NCBI GenBank assembly: GCA_045837725.1
Contig: JBEWZL010000278.1
Coordinates: forward strand, 124,001 to 188,000
From: Vermamoeba vermiformis
Lineage: Eukaryota
Length of the DNA stretch: 64,000 bases
Direction: 5' to 3'
Shown one piece after another: positions 1 to 11,177 of the stretch. Numbering within the stretch: position 1 is the first letter of the stretch; every line of letters starts with the position of its first letter. A program made the position numbers and the translations under genes. The notes under the pieces were generated by a model. The model did not search any database. It was not told the origin of the DNA and worked only from the letters and a program-made list of their open reading frames with translations.

Positions 1-6
1 ACTTAC

Positions 7-2783
7 CTCCTAACTTTCTCCTTTGCTTTCTAAGTGTTTCAATCTTCGGCGATCCGCCAGAACCAACCGACAAAACAGTCTTGACACTAGTACGAGTCTG
101 CTTCTTATCAGTCAGATCTGCACCTTCTTTTTCCTTAGCAATCTGTTTCTTATTCTTTTTAGCTTCTTTAGGGGCGGTCCCTGAGGTCTGGTTAGTTTCC
201 ACAGCGACTTCTTTGGCTAATCCACCCGCCGTGCCCTGCAGTTCGAATTCTTCCATGGAGCGAGAAGGAGAGTCGCGCTCAATCAATTTTCTTCCGGAAT
301 TGGATCGATTTCTTCTAGGCCGCTCCACTCGTTTCGGCTCCTGACCTTGCGCTGTCGCTAAATCCGCATCTGGGCTTGCGTCCTTGGCTCCGGCTTGAGC
401 GGACCCAATTGAATGTGGTTTATCTTCAGGACTAGATACTTTCTTCTCGGCCTCTTTAAGATCGGTTGCGTCGATCAACAGATCCTTTGGCTTCGGCAGA
501 TCTTCATCAAATTCGATGTTGTCAACGTCAATGTCGATATCGCTGGAAGCAGTCAACGAGCTCGGCGTATCAGGAAAAGACTCGCTCAAGATATAATCTG
601 AAGATCTGCTACCTATGCGTTTGTTTTCTTCATTCCAAGTCTTGTTGCCCTCGTTTTCAACCTGGATGTCGATGTTGAGCCTGAACTTTGAAGCCAAGTT
701 CTTCTTACGGAATTTGTTGCTCTCACAATCGATAGTCTTGCGATTGAAGAACAACTCCGCGCTGCCATAAAACGACGTGTTGATCCAAAGCCAAAACTGG
801 GGCTCCTACTCCGATAATAAAACTTGTTATATATCGATGATCACATTATAACCTTTTAAGGCTAGCGCTTAACATAGATTTACACTGCGGAGCTAGGGTA
901 AATAAATATTGCAATCTAGTTCAAATTTTAGCCAAATATGGCAATTTCTAAATTAACATTTCATACTATTTTTGCTCAGCGTTATTTTTAGACGAAAATC
1001 GCATCAAAATTACAGATTTCGAGTACATAACGGAGAATAAATACCCCCATCATATTAGGTTGCGATGTTAAACATACCGGTTTGCCTTCAAAATAGAATT
1101 GAAACAAGGTGTCACCTGAAATGACGCACTTCTTATTGAACTTTATGAGAACGCCTGCTTTCTCTAGAACTTCTATGTGCTATTTGAAATGGAAGAATTA
1201 ATGATTGCGTTTTTTTGAGCGAGAGGCGGATGCACTTGAACTTTCAATGGTCATATAATTCTGTACATACCAGCACCTCTTGCGACTTCTTCCCGTCGGT
1301 AATATTTAATTTACCTAAGCGAAATTGTTAACTAATGCCACAGCCAAACGACACGATTTTGCCAAAAAAGGAAAATTTCAAAAACAACGTACTTAGTTTC
1401 TTTGCATTATGAAGGCCTTGAATGGCAATCTTATCAATCCTGCGTTAATAAATATCATTAGAAAATGCGATTCGCATGTTTCAAAATTGTGAAATTTTAT
1501 GTTTTTGATTTGACCAAAAGCGTGCTATGCATTGCAGTTGTTCGATAATAATTCTCCGAGGATTGAATCTTACCGAAGCTCGTTTGACTGAAGCTTTAGT
1601 CCCATCTTTTCTAACTTCCTCATTCGCTCGAAGTACGCTGCAACCATTGTTATTCTCTGCGCGTCATTTTGTGACGCACTAATTCTGGCTTACCGACATA
1701 GCGTTGCTTGCTCGGAGATGCCTTGACCTACAATACGGATTTATGTCAATGGGTGCTAAGTTAATCGCAAGGGTGAATCCCTAACGTTAGTTAAAACGTA
1801 CCTTAATGTTTCCTGTGCGCTGAAATGTATAATATTCGAGCGCTGTGATCGCATCTTGCACGAGCTCAGAATAGACCAGGTACGACGCCAGGAGAACACT
1901 CGTACGGCCCTGAGATCATACGTAGCCTTTAGTTAACCGAATGGAATAGCTGTATTCTTTAAATAATACGCTTGCACGCAGTATAACGTTCCTTAATTGC
2001 AAACATGTACGAGGGAGGCTCCCGCGGAACAATTTTTCAGTCTACGTTTTTCGTTCGATACTTACTTTTTTCTTCTCGAATATGACGACCACGTTATTAT
2101 CGTGAGATATTAACCAATTGTCCTAAGAATACGTATGAGTTTAAAGACGAAACAAAGGATCCGGTACGTACGACTGCAACACAAAAAGCTTTGATTACTT
2201 CTAAGCTCGGTGGTTGCTCTTTGGATATAGGGAACCGAGATACTATTATATATAATAAATTTAGTCGCCGAGTTGATGTAATTGGTAATGAAGCGTTCCA
2301 TTGAAACGTACCTTTGTCGTGAAATTTCGATGAAACATAGCATCCTTCTTCGCAGCTGTGATAATTAATTGAATTTAATAAGTCACGTAGTATTCACAGA
2401 TGTATTCGTTGCAAATTTTTTCTCGTCTATTGCCGTTCAATAAGGTAGGGCGCTACTCCCAAATATACTTACAGATCGAATACTTTGTAGTATCCTTTGT
2501 GAAAGCAATCCAAAAATCTAAACGATGGTTAATAATCATATTATATCATAGATTTAGTAATACCTCTTCAATTCAGAACAGGATTGTTTGCTCGCTTCTT
2601 CACTGCACGATCCAATAATAATTATTCTCGGCGCTATATGTAAGTTATAAATTAAAGAAAATATGCCATAAAATAATATGTTAGGGACTCTATTATAATA
2701 TTTAAAAGGATATAGCTTAGTTCGACGTCAAAGGATTCGGATTCGTCTTCATTCTTCTTTAATAATTTGCGAAAGAACGCCAT
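7..2783 (-). CDS. PTEN/tensin-like phosphatase-fold + C2 domain protein, probable pseudophosphatase; 3' end runs off the window start
   Basis: Spliced translation: MAFFRKLLKK..FDVELSYIAPRIIIIG..RFLDCFHKGYYKVFDLCEE..FPISKEQPPSLEVIKAFC..NWLISHDNNVVVIFEKKKGRTSVLLASYL..SPSKQRYV. C2-like PQFWLWINTSF..KTID..SKFRLNI follows. Colinear with PTEN. Exon 7-805 is open and ends at a GTAAGT donor at 1-6. Confidence 0.85.
2640..2713 (-). other. U12-type (minor spliceosome) AT-AC intron, 74 nt
   Basis: Minus strand: 5' ATATCCTTTT, branch-site-like TTTCTTTAAT about 11 nt before the terminal AC. Removal restores ELS-Y-IAPRII in frame (T|AT, phase 1). Confidence 0.9.
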
Positions 2784-3205
2784 AATGTCTTATGGTGCTC
2801 GATTGAATATTTACAGTTGTTAATCGAGCCATTTTTTGTGTTGATACTATGAAACGCAGGGAATTCCATCAAAAAGTCAGTCGAAAAGCTAACCTTGATT
2901 TTTTGAATCGCTTTTGGGTTCCCTAAATAGAACTCTTAATTTTACCAATTCCGTAGACCGAGTGCACTCCACTACCGGAATAATTTATTTTTGTCGCGGA
3001 GGAGTTGCTCCAAGTTTACGAGCTGCTGGATAATCTCGCCAATAAACGAATTTTCCAATTTTGGCTAATTGCAAAAACCGGCCAAAATATAAATAATTCT
3101 GAAACGCGTCGTCACTTATCAGATCGAAAAGAGTGTAACACCACAAAAGGACATTTGTAATATCATCTGTCATTTAAAACTTAGATCAACAACCAACAGA
3201 ACAAT

Positions 3206-5247
3206 ATGAAACAAAGCGTTAATTTGAATCAAGCTCTCAACAGAAGAAAGTCTGATGCTAAGCATATCGCTTTAACTACCCTCAAGGTAAACTATCATCA
3301 ATGCTTCTCACTCATCCGAAATTGAATTTAATAATTAATTAATATTTTTAGGACAAATGCGCTGAAGCTATTGCCCTGAATCCTCTTCGCCTCGCTCAAC
3401 AGACACTCCCAATCGAGGTTTTAGAGCTTGTTTATCATAAACTCGCACAATCGTGCCGTCTGGACAACTCAACTATTGGATTCTTCGGACGTTTAGAAAA
3501 GATCGACCTCCGAAACAATAACATCTGCGACCATGGTATCAGAACACTTGCTCTAGCTTCTAAAGGCTACAATGTAAGTAACTTCTCTTCACAGTTTTGG
3601 CGCCACGGATCCTTTCCGGTTGCAGCCGGCCAGAAATTGGAATTATTCCGCTTTTGCTTATACTTCCTTTTTTAGCTGAGGTACTTCAACGCAAGCCGCC
3701 TGCGTATAACAGACGATACCGCTTACGCCTTGGCCACATGCTGCCCTAACCTCGAGGTGCTCGATCTTAGCTACTGTCCTCAGATTACGGATGTAACTCT
3801 CCGTTTGCTCGGCACTTATTGCACACAACTCCGACAATTGAACATCTCCGGCTGCGGTCAAATAACCGACGAAGGCCTGGCTCGTCTCTCATCCCTTCCT
3901 AACTTGCAACGTTTGGCCTTCTCTAACTGCCAAGGTCTGGATGGCCTCAAACTTCATCACTTGCGTCGTCTCCCTTTGACCGAGCTTGACATCTCCGCGA
4001 ACCAATTCCCAGTCAAGTCGTTCATTAAAATCCCAAAGTACTTCCCCAAGCTCACCAACCTCAACTTGGCCAACTGCGTGCAAGTCACCGACACCCTCCT
4101 CGAGCTCATCATCACCAAGTGCACCGTGCTCAAGCACCTCAACTTGGAAAGCATTCCCCTCTTGACCAACAAGACGCTCCACTTGCTGTGCTTCCACTCG
4201 TGCCTCATCGAATCCGTCAATCTTCAAGGCAACAACCAATTGGACCTCAACATCATCGCTTCGTTGGTCAAGAAGGGCTTGCACTTGATTGGTGGCCCCG
4301 TCGAGCTTACCATCCTTCGCAACCGCTCTCACTTGGAGCCCATCGTCCTCAGAGCCATCGACAAGTTTACTCCAATGAGTGTCATTCGCGAGCGCGCCCT
4401 TGCTCAACTCCGCGAAGAAAAGGCCTCAGTTGAAGATAACTGGCAACTCGATGACTTGTTGTTCCAAAAGGTCATCTACCGCAAGAACGGAACCAAGCGC
4501 CCTTCAGCCTTCGTCTCCGAGAAGGAGTACGCTAGCGTCTTGGCTGCTGTCCTGGGTGACAAGAAGAACCATTTGTACCTCCAAACCACCAAATTACCCG
4601 AAGAATACACCGCCGCACAACAGAACATCGTCTTGACTATGCGCAGATGGAGCAGCGAGGAAAAACGCCCGATCGACATCGGCGACCTCTCTGTCAATCC
4701 AAACATTACTTTGCGTGAGTTCAAGCAGATGATCCACGAGCGATACATGCCCACCGTTGTTGTCGAGAAGATGCTCCTCGTCGAAGAAGAGACTCCTCTC
4801 CACGTCAACATTTTGCTGAACAACACCATCACTTTGAAGAACTACGGCCTTGTCTCTGGCGATGCCTTGCACGTTGAAGAAATCACCGAGCAACACTACA
4901 CTCCCGAAGGCGCTGTTGGCAACTCTTCGACCGCGAAGTACTTGTCAAAGCAAAAGACTCAGTTCTTGATCCAAGAGACCGAAGAGTCGTTCACTCGCCG
5001 CAAGTGCCGTGCCTTGGCCTCGAACACCAAGACGATCCCAAGAGAAGCGATCAATCTCGAAGTCAAACTCTCTGGCTGGGCCAAGTTCGAAGACCTTCAA
5101 CGCTTCATTTCAAACGTGACTGGCGTTCCCCCTAAAGCTCAAAGACTTTCGACTCGCGTTCACCCTCAAGTTAACCTTGAAGGCCCTCAGAAGTCGATCG
5201 TTGAAGTCGTGTCCGGTAACACCTGGATCATGATGGAAGTTATGTAA
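3206..5247 (+). CDS. BC-box/Cul2-box-like + cysteine-containing LRR protein with C-terminal ubiquitin-like regions (3 exons)
   Basis: N-terminal TLKDKCAEAI..LPIEVLELV. LRRs such as LEVLDLSYCPQITD and LRQLNISGCGQITDEGL. C-terminal NITLREFKQMI..TLKNYGLVSGDALHVEE and DLQRFISNVTGVPPKAQRL look ubiquitin-like. Confidence 0.75.
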
Positions 5248-5667
5248 ATCAAATTCGAAATCCTTGTAAATATGTATAAAAACCCTTGCGAACTCTAAAC
5301 CGTTTGAAATTTATTCAATTTTATGTTCGAAAGCGTTGTTGTGGTCTTTGCGAACAAGTCATGACCGTTCATGAACGAAGTCTAAACGCGCACAAAATTT
5401 CCTTTTGGTCAGTTTATTATTCTACCAACACTAATACACCATAATTAACGTTAATATATTATCATTATCTAGTCTTATCTAAGGTAAGCCAAGTCTTAGC
5501 TAGTCTGCTCTAGCGGTTTTCATGAAACTTAAAAACTCGCTGTAAATATACAACAAATAATTATTCTAGTAATTATAATAATTACTTTAATATTACGTAA
5601 TGTATTTTCTCGACTTGTAATGTTATTTTATTAACGAGATATTTTTTTTGAAGATTTTTGAACAAGA

Positions 5668-6521
5668 ATGAGCAGATCAAACCTTACAAGAACCGCTTCC
5701 ACCACTGCTTTGCACAACCATCTTAAGGAGCTTGCTGAAAGAATTGATAAAGCTTTGGACGACCCTAGCAGCACTATCTCGGATTTGGATCTTGCTGAAA
5801 AAAAGCTTGGTGATGAAGGCCTTCAATTTATTGTCGAATCTGTTAAAAAGAACAAAACTCTTCGCACAATGGACTTGTCACAGAACCACCTGACCAAAGA
5901 AGTGAGTTATATCGGATACAGACGATCGAGAGGTCGACAGTTATTTACTAAATCATTACCTAGGGTGCCAAGATGATTGCCGATATTCTTTCCAGCAACA
6001 AGTCACTTCAAAGAGTTAAGCTCGAGAACAACAGCTTCACTGCTGATGGTACGCGCAAGATCCAACCTGGGATTCGACGATTAATACTCGTTATTAGGTC
6101 TGAGAGAAATATTCAATGCTCTTAAGAACAATACCACCATTCATCATATTAGTTTTACTTCAAACCCCTTCGGCGATGAGCTAGCAAAGGAGTTCGCTGA
6201 AGTCATTAAGTCACATCCCTCTCTTACCAGCTTCAATATCGGTTATTGTGGAATTAAAGAGGTAAGATTATTTAAACGACCGCCATTAATTAAGAAGGCG
6301 AGGATAACGGCCCTTGGGCCTTCTAAGATCACGGATTTGAGTCCAGCACGCGTCGTTTTTATGTACTAATAAGGCCTTTCTTAATCTCTTAGGAAGGAGG
6401 CAAAGCCCTCTTGGAGGCTGTTAAGGCGAACAAACATATCGTAAGAATCGACACATATGGTAATCCGATGGACGATGACCCCATTAATGCTGCTGTGGAT
6501 GCGAACGCCACGAAAAAGTGA
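5668..6521 (+). CDS. Small RNI-like leucine-rich repeat protein (4 exons)
   Basis: LDLAEKKLGDEGLQFIVESVKKNKTLRTMDLSQNHL, NKSLQRVKLENNSF, HPSLTSFNIGYCGI. Canonical introns; stop TGA at 6519-6521. Confidence 0.8.
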
Positions 6522-6815
6522 ATTTGCCAAACCAGCGCCAGGTTGTCAAATCCGCAGGCCGAATAAGGCTATTATTTAACTTTATGGATAAATTACTCCC
6601 GACTGTACCTTATAAGTAAAGAATAATTCCCAGGACAATTCTCCGCTCTTTTTATTACTCACTCCAGCACTGCGTGTCAAACAATGCACTAGTTATCGAA
6701 ACAATTATTTATTCATAGATATATAATCCGTTTTACATTCATGGTAGGTTTGAATACCGTTCCACTTTACAAAAATAAAAACCTAACGTACATCTGATCC
6801 GCGAGATCAAGTTTC

Positions 6816-8481
6816 TTAAACGTTCTGAACATTGAAAATTTCTTCTTCAGACAATTCACGACCGTACTTGTCAACACGAGGGATCCATGACTTGTTAATA
6901 GCATCAGCAGTCTCTTGGTTGAAAGAAGTCTTCATGTGTTGCTTGATCTTCTTGATGGCCTTAGCGGGGTTCAATCCCTTAGGGCAAGTTCGCGAGCAGT
7001 TCAAAATAGTGTGGCACTTGTAAACCTTCATTTGAGCATCCTTGAATTGTTGGATACGTTCCTATACATCAAAAAAAGTTTGTTAGATTCGAATCTGAAC
7101 GCGAGTCACGCGATTGATTTTGTCAATTTGTATTGCTTATTGAATCAGCACTATAATTGTCTACAAAGATTCTTCAGATCGGACAATAGAAAAACATCAT
7201 TTCAGCGAAGCTATTAGCTTAACTAAGCAAAGTTCGAAATTGTTTTTGACGCACGTAACGAGACGTCTTAAGTGGATCAACTATGAACGGAATTTACCTT
7301 AGTCTTGGTGTCACGAGAGTCGGCAATCCATCTGAAAGCTTGGAGCAAGACGGCAGGACCCAAGTAGTCGTGGTCACCTCCCCACCAGTAGCTGGGGCAA
7401 GAGGCAGAGCAGCAAGCGCACAAAATGCACTCGTAAAGACCGTCGAGTTGCTTACGCTTAGCAGGTGATTGAAGGACTTCCTTGTTCTCACGACCAGGTT
7501 CAATACGAGGCTCGAGCCAAGGCTTGATGGATTTGACTTGTTGGTAGAAGTTGCTAAGATCGGGAACCAAGTCTTTAATAATAGGCATGTGGGGCAAGGG
7601 GAAGATCCTAATGGCAACACAATATTAGTCCTGACGTCATATATACCTAGCAGATGTTCTGCCGAGCAATAGAATAAAATTATTGCAAAATTCGCGTATC
7701 AATTTGGCGGATGTTACAACACGTACTTGATATTGTTGTTTGAGTCAACGGAATCAGAAATCTTCTTGAGGCAAGCCAATGTGTTGGTACCAGAAATGTT
7801 CATGGAGCAGCTACCGCAAATACCCTGAGAAATGTAACGGTGAGCCAGATGCGATCGGACAGGATCATGAATAATTGCTAGTGAAAATCTGGTGTTCGTA
7901 TAATTGTATAGAACAAAGTATCACGAGCATAAATCACATATATTGCATATTCATATCATTATAATAATTTGCCGTAATGAGTTCCAGATGGTATCGTTAC
8001 CTCACGACAAGATCTTCTGAAGGTAAGGGTGGGGTCCATTTCGTTCTTAATCTTAATCAATGCATCGAGAATCATAGGGCCGCATTCGGCAGTATTAACT
8101 TTGTACACTTGCATGTATGGTTTAGGATTGGTGGATTCTCTGTTAACTCGATAAATTTCGAAGGTCACAGTTCCGCTGACATGCTTCTCAACTTCTTCCT
8201 TGGGTCTCATATCGAAGAATTCTGTTAATTAATAATTATTAGCACCTGTAATAATTAATCCAAAAAAAAAATAATTGTTGGATTAAATAATTACTGCTTA
8301 CAAGCAGCGCTAATATAACACAATAAATTAAAATATTCATTACTCGATACATACGACCGAACAACATATTACGGGCTTGGGTCTTGTTAGTAGTCATCTT
8401 GCCCAAGACAGTCGTCTTCGAAGGTCCAGCCTTCGATCCCAAAAGATTTTGGGCAGCAGAAACGCCAACTCGCTTTAACAT
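6816..8481 (-). CDS. SDHB: Succinate dehydrogenase iron-sulfur subunit, mitochondrial
   Basis: [73 protein letters not shown]. Basic N-terminal presequence [14 protein letters not shown]. Confidence 0.97.
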
Positions 8482-8788
8482 GGTGAGCGATGTGTTGATT
8501 ATATTACAAAAGTGATAAGACAAAACGGGCCACGGAGAACAAAGGAAGTTTATAATTTTCATAAATTATTTGAGAGTTGCGCGACCAAAAACAAACGGTA
8601 ACTCACTTTCAATTTCACCTCGGGTACCTCAGTTATCGTGTCTATAGTAATTTCGGATTGAGGCAATAAAATTGTAAGTAGATCCTCGTTCGCTTGATCG
8701 CTCGATGTTTTCTTGAATCTTCGCTACACCCCAAATTCTTCGATATATAATCGTGCAAAAATTCATATGAAATTAATACGTGCAGTAG

Positions 8789-9899
8789 ATGAACTTAGAA
8801 CAACTGGGTGCGCTTCTGCCAGAAGATACAAAGGATCTTGCTTGCTGGCCTTTCGCAAAACGCTATTTTTCGTGCCAAGGTACGCTCACGTGCATTTATA
8901 CATTAGTGAATATATCTATATAATTTTTGGACCTTTGCTCTTCCTACGATCCGCAATCTAGAAAATCTTTTATTCGCCCGCGCTTTTGCCTTCCACGATC
9001 CAACGCCCCAGGCAGGCTCCTGTTGTGTTATGGAGCATAGAGTACCATGCGTGGCACTTAACCCTCCAAACAGCGCACGTCCGTACTTTTCTAAGCCCTT
9101 TTTTGCAACGTTCAACCAATCCCACAAAATTTTCGCCCCGGATCAAGCACAAAAAAGCAAAAACAACACCTTGATAGTTCATACTTACCTGGACAGTAGA
9201 GATGTGATCAAGAAGGCATCTCTAGGTCGGTCGTTGCGCTCCTCTTGCACTCGGAGTGCGACATCGGTTGGGCTTCACCGTATGGTGTTGTCCCTGTCAC
9301 AATTTTTGTTAGTGCGGATGTTGCGCTCGCGCACGTCTGCGCCTCCTAAATTACAAAAAAATGAACTAAAAGGGGTTGTGTGGGTTTGGGTTGTTGCATA
9401 AAGGGAATACAGAGAACGTGCTGCTGAGCGAAGGGTTAAAATTTGTAACGGTCATAAGGCAAATCCGCGGGTTTATCTTTTTGGTGTTTTGTAATGCTCT
9501 TGGACTAAATTTGTTTTGCTGCGTAGGTCCTAAAGGGTATATACAAGGCTTCTACCGCGACGGCAAGTTCAGCGGATGCGAGCGAGAGTCTATAAATTAT
9601 TTTGCTTGTATGAAAGCCAGATGGACCTCCAACTCGGATGATCAGCGCAAGGTAAGGCTGCGTTTATTGTTCGTAGGGCACAAGGGGACTAAACAGCAAT
9701 TCTTTAGCTCGTAATCGCCGAGGCGCGCAACAAAATAGAGGCAATGTCCAAATCCGACAACCCTGTTTGGAAAACGCGAAAAGAACCTCCAGCCAACTTT
9801 CACTACTATCAAGTCATATCGCCTGCCGAGGAGGAACGAATATTCAAAGAAGCCATGGGCGAGGCTATTAAATCCGTACCAGATGCTGTCTCTAAATAG
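8789..9899 (+). CDS. EMI1/C22orf39 (DUF3128)-like twin-CX9C small protein; exons 8789-8879, 9527-9651, 9708-9899
   Basis: CWPFAKRYFSC-QGPKGYIQGFYRDGKFSGCERESINYFAC..NPVWKTRKEPPANF fits the family pattern C..C..YYxxG..C..C..VWxxR..PP. Splice junctions are in frame. Confidence 0.75.
9120..9127 (+). promoter_or_regulatory. snRNA upstream promoter element (DUSE/USE-like)
   Basis: TCCCACAA at -61 to -54 from the U1 5' end matches the Dictyostelium DUSE consensus WCCCAYAA in sequence and spacing, and resembles the plant USE RTCCCACATCG. Confidence 0.7.
9181..9344 (+). ncRNA. U1: U1 spliceosomal snRNA (~164 nt)
   Basis: Starts ATACTTACCTGG. SL-I AGAGATGT/GCATCTCT with loop GATCAAGAAG (U1-70K site). 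SL-II loop CTTGCACTC (U1A site). SL-III present; closing helix GACAG/CTGTC. Sm site AATTTTTG. SL-IV GTGCGGATGT/ACGTCTGCGC. Confidence 0.97.
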
Positions 9900-10032
9900 A
9901 AATAAAGCAAAACAACATGTAAATATTTATCTTATATAGTGCGTAATGATTGTATTGACTCGTAGTAGTGTTTGTTGCGTCATCACCAGCTCACTTAACT
10001 ATTCGTGCACCAAGAACAGATCAAACAACACA

Positions 10033-10723
10033 ATGAAAAGAGCAACGAAGTTTTTCTTACTCGGAGCCTTATTAGCAGTCAGCTGGGTATCAATTGTATT
10101 CAACTACGCTCCGATCAAGCTCGATCCTAAAATATACGATATTGTCAAAGTGGTAAGTAAAGTCTTGGCACTATTTTGCCACAAATATCTTTGCAAATGA
10201 TTGGGTATATTATGGAGAAATATGCATTACTTATGACACAAAGGGAATAATTAATTTTCAAAATATTTCCAATATTGTTAAAAAATCCGAATAATATTAT
10301 TTAATCGAAATTATTGCTTTCTATATAGAGGGTATACGATTTTTTGCAAAGAAATGGCTACTTATATTTATTAATTTTGACGTCACCAAAAAAATTAGAG
10401 ATCTCTTGTCGACGTCGCAAAAATACTCTTATTTTATTTTGTTTATCTTCTTATAGTACATTATCTTAAACTTCCCTTATTTTACGTAGTTTCCTCTTTG
10501 GTTGTTGGTTACTTACGGCGCCTATTCGCTATTTGTAATTTCTTACCGACTGATGACCTTCCCCGAATGCCCAGCCGAAAAAGATTTGTTAGTTAAGGTC
10601 AGTATAACTAATAGTTGTAGTCGCTGCTCATAGTATAACTAAACCTTCCATTTACAGGAGATCGAAGCTGCCAAAGCAGATCTAGCGAAGAAGGGATTGG
10701 TTGTTTCAAGTAAAAAAGAGTAA
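10033..10723 (+). CDS. DPM3: Dolichol-phosphate mannosyltransferase subunit 3 (3 exons)
   Basis: Two TM segments, then FPLWLLVTYGAYSLFVISYRLMTFPECPAEKDLLVKEIEAAKADLAKKG. Confidence 0.9.
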
Positions 10724-11177
10724 TGTGTTATAGTTATCGAGGTAATAAATGCAAATTCCTCAATATTACCAAAATTTCTCGATCCGTTAGAACGATTAAT
10801 TCTTGTCGATCAGATGATTGGCTATTCTTTGCCGCCAAGCTTTAAAGCGATCCTATTCCTTATACAATGGAGTTCGAACCATTTGGCATAAAATATCATT
10901 TAGAAGTGCAAACGGTAGTTTCTGATCCGCGATTGACACTTGTTTTAACCACAGAAGATTTTTTGTTTATTTTTTTATTCAACAATCGACTCTCGGCCAC
11001 AAGCGCGAAGAAAAGAAGAGAGAAAACGAGATGTGATAAGTAAGAACTATGCCGATGAAAGAGGATAACAACGTTACAGTATACGTTGACTATTACGATG
11101 GCGAATCTCATTTGGAAGAAAAATGATACTCAAACGACCAGCCAGCGCAACTAAGAGAAGAGAGCCTAGTCCCATAG

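Noticed and set aside
6325-6350. GGATTTGAGTCC as a tRNA T-arm
   Set aside because: No proper TTC loop, acceptor stem or anticodon arm.
7045-7062. GTATCC on the minus strand in SDHB as a second U12 donor
   Set aside because: It is exonic (E-R-I-Q codons) directly after a normal AG acceptor.
8903-9401. Several short overlapping ORFs on both strands
   Set aside because: They overlap the U1 snRNA and its promoter inside an intron and show no protein-like features.
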